This document shows, one piece after another, positions 16,948 through 27,007 of a DNA stretch of 51,070 nucleotides. The notes below the pieces were generated by a model that saw only the letters and a list, made by a program, of their open reading frames with translations, had not been told where the DNA came from and did not search any database. Position 1 is the first letter of the stretch. Every line of letters begins with the position of its first letter. The position numbers and the translations under genes are program-made. Source of the stretch: a virus. The DNA lies in IMG/VR virus record IMGVR_UViG_3300010279_000002, positions 1 to 51,070 of that record; one strand, given 5' to 3'.

Positions 16948-17499
16948 ATGGCGAAGGTAATTGAGACAAGCATTGATGCCCTTGTTCCTGACAATCGGAA
17001 TTACAACAAGGGAACACAGTATGGCCAACGACTGATTGAAAAATCCCTTTCGGAGTTTGGCGCGGGGCGTTCAGTCCTCATTGACAAGCATGACCGAATC
17101 ATCGCCGGGAACAAGACCGTGGAAAACTTCGGTGCAATCGGCATGGACAAGGTGCTTATCGTGGAAACAGATGGCCAGACCCTTGTTGCGGTCAAGCGAA
17201 AGGATATTGACCTTGATTCTCCGAAAGGCCGCGAAATGGCACTTGCCGACAATGCGACAGGCAAAGCCAATCTTGACTTTGATGCTGATTTAATCCTTGA
17301 AGATGCCGAAAGGCTCGGTTTCGATGCCCTTGATTGGGTTCCCGACCTTTCAACGGATGACGGGAATGAGGATGACAAGGGAAACGGAGGAAAGAAAAGC
17401 ATTTCCACAAAGTTGGTTGTGGAGTGTGGGGATGTTTCTCGTTTGGAATTGTTATTCAATGAGTTGCAAGAAAGGGGCTTTCAATGTACCCTTGAATAA
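16948..17499 (+). CDS. ParB-like nuclease domain protein
   Basis: The product from the ATG at 16948 is MAKVIETSIDALVPDNRNYNKG...RIIAGNKTVE, with an acidic C-terminus. Confidence 0.55.
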   Translation: MAKVIETSIDALVPDNRNYNKGTQYGQRLIEKSLSEFGAGRSVLIDKHDRIIAGNKTVENFGAIGMDKVLIVETDGQTLVAVKRKDIDLDSPKGREMALADNATGKANLDFDADLILEDAERLGFDALDWVPDLSTDDGNEDDKGNGGKKSISTKLVVECGDVSRLELLFNELQERGFQCTLE

Positions 17500-17542
17500 C
17501 TCATTGAAAGATAGGCACGAATGACACAAAAAGGGGGTTAAA

Positions 17543-18055
17543 ATGGCAGCTTACAGCAAGAAGATGGTTTCCAAGATAGCCGGACTTGTGAAGTCCGACA
17601 CATACACCATCGCCGAAATATGCGGCATCGTGGGCATCAGCTTGCGCACATATTTCCGTTGGATGCAGGAACACCCCGAATTTGCCGATGCGGTTGAGAG
17701 GGCAAAGGATGAACGGATGCAGAAACTTGTGGTGGAAGCCCGGAAGTCCCTTTTGAGAAAGATAACAGGCTATGATGTGGAAGAAACACACACGGTTGTC
17801 ATCCCTAATGGGGAGAAAGGCCCTGATGGAAAGCCCAAAGGCAAGGTGAAAGAGAAGAAAACGGTCATCAAGCACATTCAACCCGACACTATGGCTATCA
17901 TCTTCACCCTTACCAACGGGGATTCCGAGAACTTCAAGAACAAGCATTCCATCGAAGCCACGGGCAAGGATGGAAAGGACTTGTTCGAATCGAAGTCCAT
18001 TTCCGAACTCAAAGAGGATTTGGATGGACTGATGCGCATTATCAATGGCGGATGA
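17543..18055 (+). CDS. terS: Terminase small subunit
   Basis: N-terminal HTH (YTIAEICGIVGISLRTYFRWMQEHPEFADAVERAK). It lies directly upstream of, and overlaps, terL. Confidence 0.6.
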   Translation: MAAYSKKMVSKIAGLVKSDTYTIAEICGIVGISLRTYFRWMQEHPEFADAVERAKDERMQKLVVEARKSLLRKITGYDVEETHTVVIPNGEKGPDGKPKGKVKEKKTVIKHIQPDTMAIIFTLTNGDSENFKNKHSIEATGKDGKDLFESKSISELKEDLDGLMRIINGG

Positions 18056-19532
18056 AGTGCGGACACGGCAAGCGCTCAAAGAAGCAATCTTTAAGGCGCA
18101 AGCCCTTGCAAAGCAGATGGCAAGGGCTGATTTGTTGCACTTCACTCTTGCCACGATGCCGACATTCAAGCCGGCTGACTTTCATCGGCATTATTACAAA
18201 GCCCTGACGGACTTTGCGGACGGCAAAATCAAGAAATTGGCCGTGTTCATGCCCCCGCAACATGGTAAGTCAGAGGGTTCGACAAGGCGTTTGCCGGCTT
18301 TTCTTCTTGGGGACAATCCTGATTTGAAGATTGCCATCGTCTCATACAACACCACAAAGGCAAGGAAATTCAACAGGGAGATTCAGCGCATCATTGACAG
18401 CCCGGAATATGCCGAATTGTTCCCGGATTCCTATTTGGGGCAATCTTCCTTTGCGGGGCAAGAGGAACCGGGGACATGGGTGCGGAACTCCGATGAATGC
18501 GAAATGGTGGGGCATCGTGGCGGGTTCAAGACCGTTTCCGTTGGTGGCGCATTGACCGGTGACCCGGTGGATGTGCTTATCATGGATGACATCTACAAGG
18601 ATGCAAAGACGGCATGGTCTCCCGTAGCGCGAGAGTCTGTGCAAGATTGGTATGACACGGTGGCGGAGACCCGTTTGCACAATGGTTCAAGGCAACTCAT
18701 GGTGTTCACAAGGTGGCATGAAGATGACTTGGGAGGCGAACTCTTGCGGCAACAAGGCATCTATGACCCTAAAAGCAATCCCGATGGGTGGGTTGTCATC
18801 AATTACCCCGCAATCAAGGTGGGGAAACCAACGGAATATGACCCACGCCAAGAGGGTGAAGCCCTTTGGCCGGAAAGACACTCGCTTGAAAAGCTGGAAT
18901 CAGCAAAAAAGCGCAATCCGACCGTGTTTGAATCACTCTATCAGCAAGACCCCAAACCCCATGAGGGGCTTATGTATGATTCGGGATTCCGCACATACGG
19001 TGTCAGGCCGGCAACGGAGAAATGGAAGCGCAAGGCATACATTGATACGGCAGACACGGGCGATGATTACTTGTGCGGGATTGTCTATGATGAAACCGAA
19101 ATCGGCAACTTCATTTGCGATGTCATTTACACGCAAAGGCCGATGGAATACACGGAGCCGGCAACGGCAAAGATGCTCGTGAAATGGCAAGTGGAAGAAG
19201 TTGTGGTGGAATCCAACAATGGCGGGCGTGGCTTTTCCCGTGCCGTTGAGAAACAAGTGCGCTTGATGGGCAACACGAAGATGAAGTTCAAGTGGTTCTT
19301 CCAGGCCGACAACAAGCAAGTGCGCATTTTCAGCCATTCCGCGGCCGTTCAGAACCTCACATTCATGCCCGATGGATGGGAAAGGACATTCCCCGATTTC
19401 GCAAAGGCAATCAATGGGTATCTGAAAGCCGGCAAGAATCCTCATGACGATGCACCGGATGCCCTGACCGGCACAATCGAAAGGCGCAAGAAGATTTCAT
19501 CGGCAAGTGTTGCCGACATGATGGGATATTAA
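18045..19532 (+). CDS. terL: Terminase large subunit
   Basis: Walker A-like MPPQHGKSE, Walker B VLIMDDIYKD, and a C-terminal RNase H-like nuclease half (IDTADTGDDY...HDDAPDA). Confidence 0.9.
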   Translation: MADEVRTRQALKEAIFKAQALAKQMARADLLHFTLATMPTFKPADFHRHYYKALTDFADGKIKKLAVFMPPQHGKSEGSTRRLPAFLLGDNPDLKIAIVSYNTTKARKFNREIQRIIDSPEYAELFPDSYLGQSSFAGQEEPGTWVRNSDECEMVGHRGGFKTVSVGGALTGDPVDVLIMDDIYKDAKTAWSPVARESVQDWYDTVAETRLHNGSRQLMVFTRWHEDDLGGELLRQQGIYDPKSNPDGWVVINYPAIKVGKPTEYDPRQEGEALWPERHSLEKLESAKKRNPTVFESLYQQDPKPHEGLMYDSGFRTYGVRPATEKWKRKAYIDTADTGDDYLCGIVYDETEIGNFICDVIYTQRPMEYTEPATAKMLVKWQVEEVVVESNNGGRGFSRAVEKQVRLMGNTKMKFKWFFQADNKQVRIFSHSAAVQNLTFMPDGWERTFPDFAKAINGYLKAGKNPHDDAPDALTGTIERRKKISSASVADMMGY

Positions 19533-19551
19533 CAATAAATCATTTGATATT

Positions 19552-21015
19552 ATGAAAGTTACAGACATCATCCAAACCGAGAACCAGGGCGATGTGATTC
19601 AGGAAATGAAATCGCACCGCTTCATCCCACAGCCCGATGTGGAAGCGGCCAAAAAGGTGCTTGACCCACAAGAGCATGACATCAACAATCCAATCATCCG
19701 CCCTGACAAGCGCGTGAAAGTCACCGATGACACGCAGGGAGAATCCGCGCAAAAGGTCATTGATGTGGACGGCAAGGACAACGGCAATTTCAGGTATGAA
19801 AAGGTTGCCCGCATCGCGGTGGCCTTGCAGAACCTCATAATCAACCGTGCCGTGTCCTTTGTGTTCGGCAATGAGCCGGCATACAATTCCACCCCCGACA
19901 ATGACAATCAGAAGCTGGTTAAAAGGGCGTTTGACCGCATCTTGTACGATGCCAAGAGCCGTTCATTGAACCGCAAGATTGCCCGCTTCATTTTCGGGTT
20001 CAAGGAGTGTGCCGAATTGTGGTATCCCGTGGAAGTGAAAGAGCCACACGGCAATTACGGGTTCACAACCAAATTCAAGTTGCGTTGCGCCTTGTTTTCC
20101 CCAGCATTGGGCGACACTTTGTACCCTTATTTCGATGAAACCGGGGACATGGTGGCCTTTTCGCGGTCATTCGCCCGCAAGGATGATTCAGGCAATGCCA
20201 CGGACTTCTTCGAGACTTACACGGACGAGGAACATTGCCTTTGGGCTAATGGCGCGAATGGTTATGAAATGGTTGATGGCTATCCCAAGCCGGTTGCCAT
20301 AGGCAAGATTCCCATCGCGTTCGGCCATCAAGACAAGTTTGAGACACAGGATGTGGACAAGCTGATTGACCGGCTTGAAAAGTTGCTTTCCAACTTTGCA
20401 GACACGAATGATTACCATGCGTCACCCAAGATTTTCACCACCGGCCAAATCAACGGATGGTCTAAAAAGGGCGAAGCCGGTGCGGTCATTGAGGGCGAAG
20501 AGGGCGCGACCATGCAATATGTCTCATGGCAGAATGCCCCCGAATCCGTCAAGTTGGAAATCGAAACCCTCTTGAAGATGATATACACCATCACCCAAAC
20601 CCCCGATATTTCCTTTGATTCGGTCAAGGGCATCGGCGCGGTGTCTGGAATCGCCTTGAAACTCTTGTTCATGGATGCCCATCTGAAAGTGCAGGACAAG
20701 CGGGAAATCTTCGATGACTATCTGCAAAGGCGTGTCAATGTCATCAAGGCATACATCGGGCAATTCAATCAGTCCCTGAAAGCTGACTGTGACAGTCTCT
20801 TGATTGAGCCGGAAATCGTGCCTTACATGATTGTGGATGAAAAGGAGCAAGTGGAATATTGGATGACGGCCAACGGAAATAAAGCCCTTATTTCACAGGA
20901 AGAATCCGTGGAGAAAGCCGGCCTTACTTCCAACGCGGAAGCCACGATGGAGAAAATCAACAATGAATCAAGCCGTGACAATTCCTTTGTCATCGGCGAA
21001 CCCATTGAAGCATAA
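19552..21015 (+). CDS. Portal protein (SPP1 gp6-like)
   Basis: 487 aa, immediately after terL and before the gp7-family gene. Confidence 0.75.
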   Translation: MKVTDIIQTENQGDVIQEMKSHRFIPQPDVEAAKKVLDPQEHDINNPIIRPDKRVKVTDDTQGESAQKVIDVDGKDNGNFRYEKVARIAVALQNLIINRAVSFVFGNEPAYNSTPDNDNQKLVKRAFDRILYDAKSRSLNRKIARFIFGFKECAELWYPVEVKEPHGNYGFTTKFKLRCALFSPALGDTLYPYFDETGDMVAFSRSFARKDDSGNATDFFETYTDEEHCLWANGANGYEMVDGYPKPVAIGKIPIAFGHQDKFETQDVDKLIDRLEKLLSNFADTNDYHASPKIFTTGQINGWSKKGEAGAVIEGEEGATMQYVSWQNAPESVKLEIETLLKMIYTITQTPDISFDSVKGIGAVSGIALKLLFMDAHLKVQDKREIFDDYLQRRVNVIKAYIGQFNQSLKADCDSLLIEPEIVPYMIVDEKEQVEYWMTANGNKALISQEESVEKAGLTSNAEATMEKINNESSRDNSFVIGEPIEA

Positions 21016-21023
21016 TTGAGGAT

Positions 21024-24000
21024 ATGGCAAAGAAACAGGGCAAACCGGGTGTTAAAAAAGGGCAGAAGGTCAAGACAAAGAGGTTTTCCATTCAGGGCTT
21101 CGATGTCAAACACTATAAAAGGACGGAGCAATATGCGGCGGCCGTGCAAACCCTTTTCGACCGCGCGACCGTGGCGATAACCAATGCGGCCGCAAAAGGC
21201 CATTATGACACCGACAAGCCCTTTTCTTTCGCCGATTATCCAAGTGTTCAGTCGGTGATGCAAAAGACCATTGAGGGGCTTGCGAATGGCGTTACGGCCG
21301 TGATAGAGACAGGTTCCCGCAAACAATGGCTTTTCGCAAACCAAAAGAATGATGCTTTCCTTGCATCCATCGGTGACACAAGCAAGGTTTCCACTGCCAA
21401 GATGAAGAAATGGCAGGACAAGAACCTTGATGCGCTCAAAGCCTTTCAGGAACGGAAGATTGAGGGCATGAACCTTTCGCAAAGGGTGTGGAAGTATGTG
21501 GGGCAATACAAAGACCAAATCGAACTTGGGCTTGATGTGGGACTTGGAGAGGGTCGCAGCGCGGCACAGCTTGCCCGCGATGTGAAAGAAAACTTGCGAG
21601 AACCAAACAAGCTGTTCAGGCGCGTCCGTGACAAGCACGGCAATCTTCATCTTTCCAAAGCGGCAAAGGCATACCACCCCGGACAAGGCGTGTACCGGTC
21701 AAGTGTCAAGAATGCCCAAAGGCTCACAAGGTCGGAAATCAATATGGCTTACAGGGAATCCGATTTCTTGCGGTGGCAGAACCTTGATTTCGTGGTGGGC
21801 TTTGAGATTCACCGTTCTACCCATGAGCCGTTGTGCAAGTGCAAGTTGTGTGAACGGCTTGTGGGGCGTTATCCAAAGACATTCAAGTTCAAGGGGTGGC
21901 ATCCGCAATGCATGTGTTATGCGACCCCCATCCTCATGGACGAAGAGACAAGGAACGAGAATGAGAGGGGGGAACTGAAAGCCGCATTGACCGGCAAGCC
22001 ATACAAGCCCAAGAGGGCAAAGAATGAGGTGCTGGATGTCCCGGACGAGTTCAAGGCGTGGGTTTCGGAGAATGTGGCGGCACAAGAGAATTGGGCATCA
22101 ACCCCGTATTTTATCGCGGACAACTTCATTGACGGGCAATTGTCTCTTGGCTTGAAGCAAGGGGCGAATGATGGCGGCATCAAGACCATCATGCAAGCGA
22201 TTGAGGTGGCAAAGGGGTTTGGAATCGGCCACATTGACTTTGGTGATGCCACGGTGGAACAGGCAAACATCATCCTTGAAGCCTTGCAAGAGGAATTTGA
22301 CTATTTCGCCGATGTTGGAATCCCCCTCAATGGCCTTTCATTCGCCAAAGGTGACATGCACACGAAGAAAGAGGGCGGGCATTACAACACAAAGACCAAT
22401 GAAATGGTCATCAACCTTGACATTTTCGGTGATGATGCGGATTCAGGAAAGCCCATCTTGGAGAAAATCGCATCCCTTGAAGTGCAAAAAGCCAAGTTGC
22501 AAGAGCAAATCATGCTGTTTGAAGCCAAGTTGGGCATCAATCCGGCCGCGGACAAGATGCTGAAACAGGACATCAAGCAAATGAAGTCCCGTGTCACCGA
22601 CATCGAAATCAAGATTGGCAAGTTCCAAAAGGATATTGCCGCCGGCCATGATGAAATCACTTTCACTTACGCATATTCCCTGAAAGATGTGAAAGACCGC
22701 GTGAAAGCGACCATTCACCATGAATTTGGGCATCTTTTCGACCACAAGTTCAACGGTGGTGAGGGTTATGCCGGCAACGCATACAATTCCACATACGCAA
22801 AGACCACCGACCAGGAACAGATTGCGGAATGGTTCTCACAATGGATGATGGGTGACAAAGAGGGCATCCCGCAAGAGTTGCTTGATGCCTTTGAGAACAA
22901 GACGGCCGTGGACACTTTCAAGCCGCAGTTGATGGCCATCATGCCGCAGATTGAGCAAGCCCGGCAAGTCGCACAGGAATGGGGGCTTTCCACGGCACAG
23001 ATTGATGTGGGTATTCAGAACAAGAACATGCATTCAATCACCACCGGCATTGAACAGATTGTTGCCACGGGGCAAAAGTTGCTGGAAGATGTCAATGAGT
23101 GGATTGCCAAGATAATGCCATTGATGCAGGAAGCGATGAATCACGGCATCCCGGTGTCCCATTATGCGGTAATGATGAAGAAATTGCAAGGCAATCATTC
23201 CACTTGGGTGTTTGACAAGGCTTCTTATACATCGGCCATCACGGAATTGCAGGAAGCCATCAAAGAAGCCAAAGACAATGAGCATCTTTCCACCTTGCTT
23301 GTGGATGTGGCCGATGCAAAGGCGCAATTCGGCTCCGATGCTGTTCATGCCGCATTCAATGCTGTTGAATCAAAGTTGAACCAATGGAATCAAAAGAATC
23401 CATCATTGGACTACTTGAAGATGAAGTTGGAGTGGGAAATCAAATATCTTGATGACCCCGCCCATCAAAAATATGTCACATGGGAGGTGGCGCAAAAGGC
23501 TTACAAGAAGAAACTTGCTGATGTCTCATATCAAATAGAACGGCGAGAGTTGATAAGCCAAGCACAAATGCCGATTGCAACACTTCAATCATCGAAAAGT
23601 CCGAAAGGAAAGGCGCTTGTCTCCGAGTGGCAAGCATTGGTGGCACAATCGGATGCGCCAATTTCATTGATGCGCTCAAAACTTGATGAAATCAACAAGT
23701 TCGTGCAACATACATTGAGCCGCAGAAAGCCGAAATCATCCGATTCATTACAATACCCCTTGACTGATGACGAATTTGAGGATGCGGCATTTGCCTTGTG
23801 TTCGCGGCGAATGTCTGATGCATTGAGTGGGAAAGCGCCATTGACAAAACTTCAAGAGAGCAAGTACAATGAAATATCCGTCTTACTTTCGGGGGACAAT
23901 CCGGATTACAAGAAGATTCGCACTTTGTTGACACAATTGGGTGAAGATATTGATGATGTGTACAGTCAAAGCCGAAAGGATATTGCGAAATGGCATTTGA

Positions 24001-24704
24001 CAGCACAAGATGCCGATGATTATTTCCATAAGTTCCAGGTCGCATATTGGAAAAAGGCAACGGATGATGAAAAGAGGGCATTTGCTGGATATACGGGTGG
24101 AAGCGCATATATCACAGAACCGTTACGAGCAATCAAGGGGCATTATTATGAAGCCCCGTGGAGACACTCGGATGATGAAATCGAAAGGCATATCAAGGCC
24201 CTAACAAAAGCCCTCGATATTGACATTTGTACGAATGATGTTTGGATAAAAAGGGATGCCGGCGCATGGGACGCAGAATATGTGTTTGGGATTCCGTCAT
24301 TGGCGGCATATCGAAATAATCCATCCGCACTTGTGGGGAAAATAGGGCAAGATAATTCATTCATGTCTTGCGGCTCTTGCCGTGAAACAAGATTCACTTG
24401 CACGGGAAAGAAAGATGTCATTTACAACATCTATTGCCCCAAAGGGACAAAGGGCGTATATTGTCAGGCATTTTCATCATGTGGAACATTCGGCAGTTCT
24501 TGGGATGGTGTCAGAAAGGCCAATCCGGGGAAAAATGATGAAAATGAAGTCTTGCTGCAAAGAGGTACGAAGATGCGCATTACCAAAGCTGAATATAACA
24601 AGGCGCAAGATATGTGGTACATTGATGTGGAAGTGCTTGGGCAAGAGACACGGGATTTCAAGGTCAATCATTCAAGCAATGGAACATATTGCACATTCGA
24701 TTAA
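21024..24704 (+). CDS. Polyvalent minor head protein: SPP1-gp7/Mu-F domain + HExxH metallopeptidase motif + C-terminal ADP-ribosyltransferase
   Basis: gp7-like region with Cys cluster at about 21700..22000. HEFGH at 22719..22733. The ART signature is FAGYTGGSAYITEPLR (from 24081), ...IKRDAG, SFMSCGS, and ENEVLLQRGTKMRI with E-x-E at 24540..24548. Confidence 0.8.
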   Translation: MAKKQGKPGVKKGQKVKTKRFSIQGFDVKHYKRTEQYAAAVQTLFDRATVAITNAAAKGHYDTDKPFSFADYPSVQSVMQKTIEGLANGVTAVIETGSRKQWLFANQKNDAFLASIGDTSKVSTAKMKKWQDKNLDALKAFQERKIEGMNLSQRVWKYVGQYKDQIELGLDVGLGEGRSAAQLARDVKENLREPNKLFRRVRDKHGNLHLSKAAKAYHPGQGVYRSSVKNAQRLTRSEINMAYRESDFLRWQNLDFVVGFEIHRSTHEPLCKCKLCERLVGRYPKTFKFKGWHPQCMCYATPILMDEETRNENERGELKAALTGKPYKPKRAKNEVLDVPDEFKAWVSENVAAQENWASTPYFIADNFIDGQLSLGLKQGANDGGIKTIMQAIEVAKGFGIGHIDFGDATVEQANIILEALQEEFDYFADVGIPLNGLSFAKGDMHTKKEGGHYNTKTNEMVINLDIFGDDADSGKPILEKIASLEVQKAKLQEQIMLFEAKLGINPAADKMLKQDIKQMKSRVTDIEIKIGKFQKDIAAGHDEITFTYAYSLKDVKDRVKATIHHEFGHLFDHKFNGGEGYAGNAYNSTYAKTTDQEQIAEWFSQWMMGDKEGIPQELLDAFENKTAVDTFKPQLMAIMPQIEQARQVAQEWGLSTAQIDVGIQNKNMHSITTGIEQIVATGQKLLEDVNEWIAKIMPLMQEAMNHGIPVSHYAVMMKKLQGNHSTWVFDKASYTSAITELQEAIKEAKDNEHLSTLLVDVADAKAQFGSDAVHAAFNAVESKLNQWNQKNPSLDYLKMKLEWEIKYLDDPAHQKYVTWEVAQKAYKKKLADVSYQIERRELISQAQMPIATLQSSKSPKGKALVSEWQALVAQSDAPISLMRSKLDEINKFVQHTLSRRKPKSSDSLQYPLTDDEFEDAAFALCSRRMSDALSGKAPLTKLQESKYNEISVLLSGDNPDYKKIRTLLTQLGEDIDDVYSQSRKDIAKWHLTAQDADDYFHKFQVAYWKKATDDEKRAFAGYTGGSAYITEPLRAIKGHYYEAPWRHSDDEIERHIKALTKALDIDICTNDVWIKRDAGAWDAEYVFGIPSLAAYRNNPSALVGKIGQDNSFMSCGSCRETRFTCTGKKDVIYNIYCPKGTKGVYCQAFSSCGTFGSSWDGVRKANPGKNDENEVLLQRGTKMRITKAEYNKAQDMWYIDVEVLGQETRDFKVNHSSNGTYCTFD

Positions 24705-24728
24705 AGAAAAAAGGGGGCGATTGCCCCC
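24703..24728 (-). terminator. Rho-independent terminator of the minus-strand accessory operon (between convergent genes)
   Basis: gggggc-gatt-gccccc stem-loop at 24713..24728. On the minus strand it is followed by TTTTTTCTTT. Confidence 0.65.
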
Positions 24729-25048
24729 TAATCTCTTGCATAGTGTCTTTTGTAATATTCCCGGAATGCTGATGTGTCCACTCTTTCATTGTATTGCGTG
24801 AACCGATTGAAAAGAACGGCTTTCAGTTCAACGGGGATGCCATCATGCCTTTCCAAAGTGTTCAAACCATAGGCAAGGAAATCATTGACCGCGGCTTCGA
24901 TGAATAACACATCTTTCTGCAAGGTCTTGTTCACCCAAAGCCGTTCAATCGCCCAAAGGGTTTCTTCCTCGCTCCCCGATGGGAAACCGCAATCATCTTT
25001 GCCATCATAAAACCGGCAAGACTTCAAAAGATCAGCTTTCTTATCCAT
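24728..25048 (-). CDS. Hypothetical protein, translationally coupled to the ARH gene
   Basis: ATG at 25048 overlaps the ARH stop (ATGGATAA). The track start at 25057 is a GTG. Confidence 0.5.
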   Translation of the reverse strand: MDKKADLLKSCRFYDGKDDCGFPSGSEEETLWAIERLWVNKTLQKDVLFIEAAVNDFLAYGLNTLERHDGIPVELKAVLFNRFTQYNERVDTSAFREYYKRHYARD

Positions 25049-25814
25049 TGTATTCACGATTTAGGATGTTGATAAATTCGGGTGTCAGGTATCGCCGGGC
25101 TTGCGCTTGCAAGTCAAACGGAACACCAAAGAATGCTTCCGCGATGCCGCCGGTGATGGCCGCGATGGTGTCGGAATCCCCGCCGATGGACACGGCATTT
25201 CTGATGGCGTCCTCAAAAGAAGATGCTTCAAGGAAACATACAATGGCTTGCGGGACGGTCACTTGGCATGATTCATCGAAGATGTTGTCTTGCCTGATTT
25301 CATCCACGGAACGCCCATTAATTTCCTCATAATACTTGCTTGCGATGTCGAACATGGCCAGCTTTGTTGTTGCGCCATTGAATGCCGCCCAAATGAGGTG
25401 TGCAACGCATCTTGCACCCTTAATGCCCTCGGGGTGGTTGTGTGTCACCACGGCCGTCTTTTCGGCCATTGCAAGGCAATCATCAAGGGGCTTACCCTTG
25501 AAGCGCAGGGCCACGGGGGAAACACGCATGGCCGCGCCATTCCCAAAGGAATAGTAAGCCGGCATTCCGGGCGTGTCAAGCCATTGACGGAATGATGCGC
25601 CATAACCGCCCATCGGCCGGTTGTACTGTTTCCCAAATTCACGGAAAGCCCGGTCGAACCGCTTGCCTTTCTGCAAGGCATCGGCAACGGCCATCGTCAT
25701 GATGGTGTCATCCGTGAAGTCACATTCGATAGTGAACAGGTCGAAATACTTGCTTCGATGGTTCGCAAACTCAAAGCGAGACCCGACAATATCACCGATA
25801 ATTGTTCCAATCAT
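25041..25814 (-). CDS. ADP-ribosylglycohydrolase (ARH/DraG family)
   Basis: Motifs IIGDIVGSRFEF, SFGNGAAMRVSP, VTHNHPEG and GGDSDTIAAITGGIAEAFFG. Confidence 0.85.
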   Translation of the reverse strand: MIGTIIGDIVGSRFEFANHRSKYFDLFTIECDFTDDTIMTMAVADALQKGKRFDRAFREFGKQYNRPMGGYGASFRQWLDTPGMPAYYSFGNGAAMRVSPVALRFKGKPLDDCLAMAEKTAVVTHNHPEGIKGARCVAHLIWAAFNGATTKLAMFDIASKYYEEINGRSVDEIRQDNIFDESCQVTVPQAIVCFLEASSFEDAIRNAVSIGGDSDTIAAITGGIAEAFFGVPFDLQAQARRYLTPEFINILNREYNG

Positions 25815-25815
25815 A

Positions 25816-26052
25816 TCATCTGTTGCGTTTTTGCCCCCGGTAAGAGGACTTGCGGTGCAAGTTGCCCTTTCGGAGAATGATTAACTTGTTTTCATACGGC
25901 TTGTTTTCGGCCAATTTGAAGCCCCACAAGCGCGTTTTGCTCACACCAATGTCCGTTGGTGTGAACACATCGAAGATTGCGGAAATAGAGCCAAAATAAT
26001 GGTGCGTGTCCGCATCTTTGATGGTCAGGTGGTAAATGGTATCACCGTTCAT
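25816..26052 (-). CDS. Hypothetical protein
   Basis: 78 aa, ATG start, 1-nt spacing to the ARH gene. Confidence 0.5.
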   Translation of the reverse strand: MNGDTIYHLTIKDADTHHYFGSISAIFDVFTPTDIGVSKTRLWGFKLAENKPYENKLIILRKGNLHRKSSYRGQKRNR

Positions 26053-26635
26053 CTGTCTTGTCCTTTCTTATGGTTCTTTCATCCATTCTGAAAAGTTCGG
26101 CATCATCCGCATATGCGGCATGTTTGACGGCACGGAAGAATGCCTTGTTGATTTTCCGGAGCTGTCGCAAATAGTTCTTGGGTTGCCATTTGAAAGCGGG
26201 CATCACCTCATTGTTTGCCCCATATATGCCCCCGGTTTTCCCCTCAAAGTGGGCAAAGGCAACAAGATGGCCATCCTTGATGTAAACCCTTTCCACCGCC
26301 CTTTTCTTGAACACAGTGTGTTCAAGGTCAAGATGTCCGCATCCATTGTAAAACTCAAAGATGCGTTTCTCATGCTCCATCTGCATCCGGGCGGCTTCTT
26401 CCTGGTTCTTTCGCAGTCCCACAAGTTTCACGGCAATCTGATGGCGCAGCGCGGCCACATTGATTGTGGTGTCCTTGCGGGTCGCGACCTCATAAGGCAA
26501 TTTGCCGTCCGCGAACATCCTGAATGCCCGGGCGGTGTTCTCTTTGTCCTCGATTTTGGCCGCAAGGGATTCGGCAAACGGAACTTCCAAGCCATATTTG
26601 GCCGCAAGTTCCTCAATGGTGAACTCTTTTTTCAT
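26042..26635 (-). CDS. Hypothetical protein
   Basis: ATG at 26635 gives MKKEFTIEELAAKYG... The longer track ORF starts in AT-rich leader sequence. Confidence 0.5.
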   Translation of the reverse strand: MKKEFTIEELAAKYGLEVPFAESLAAKIEDKENTARAFRMFADGKLPYEVATRKDTTINVAALRHQIAVKLVGLRKNQEEAARMQMEHEKRIFEFYNGCGHLDLEHTVFKKRAVERVYIKDGHLVAFAHFEGKTGGIYGANNEVMPAFKWQPKNYLRQLRKINKAFFRAVKHAAYADDAELFRMDERTIRKDKTDER

Positions 26636-26740
26636 CGCAAAGATAGTGAATTTATTTAATATAACAATCAATAAGTAATTACAAGTCCACATTCAACGGC
26701 CTTGATGAATGCATCCCGGACAACTCTTTGTTCTCGGGTT

Positions 26741-27007
26741 TCATAGCATGTGCAATTTGGATTTGAGTGAGACTTGCAAATCAACCGGTGGCAAGCCCAA
26801 AAGGTTCTTGTCCAAGATAACCCCCTCAAAGGTCAATGTGAGGATGCCGGCCGACCGCAATGTCATGATGTCGGGGTCTTGGAATGCGACATGGCCGGAC
26901 ATTTCGCTGTAACGGACTTCCGCGCATCCATAGGTGTCACGGGTATATCCTTTCTTCTTTGCCGTTGCATAAAGCATCAGGGCGATTCTGTAAGCGCGTG
27001 TTGTCAT
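26741..27007 (-). CDS. Hypothetical protein
   Basis: 88-aa ORF with an ATG start. Confidence 0.45.
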   Translation of the reverse strand: MTTRAYRIALMLYATAKKKGYTRDTYGCAEVRYSEMSGHVAFQDPDIMTLRSAGILTLTFEGVILDKNLLGLPPVDLQVSLKSKLHML

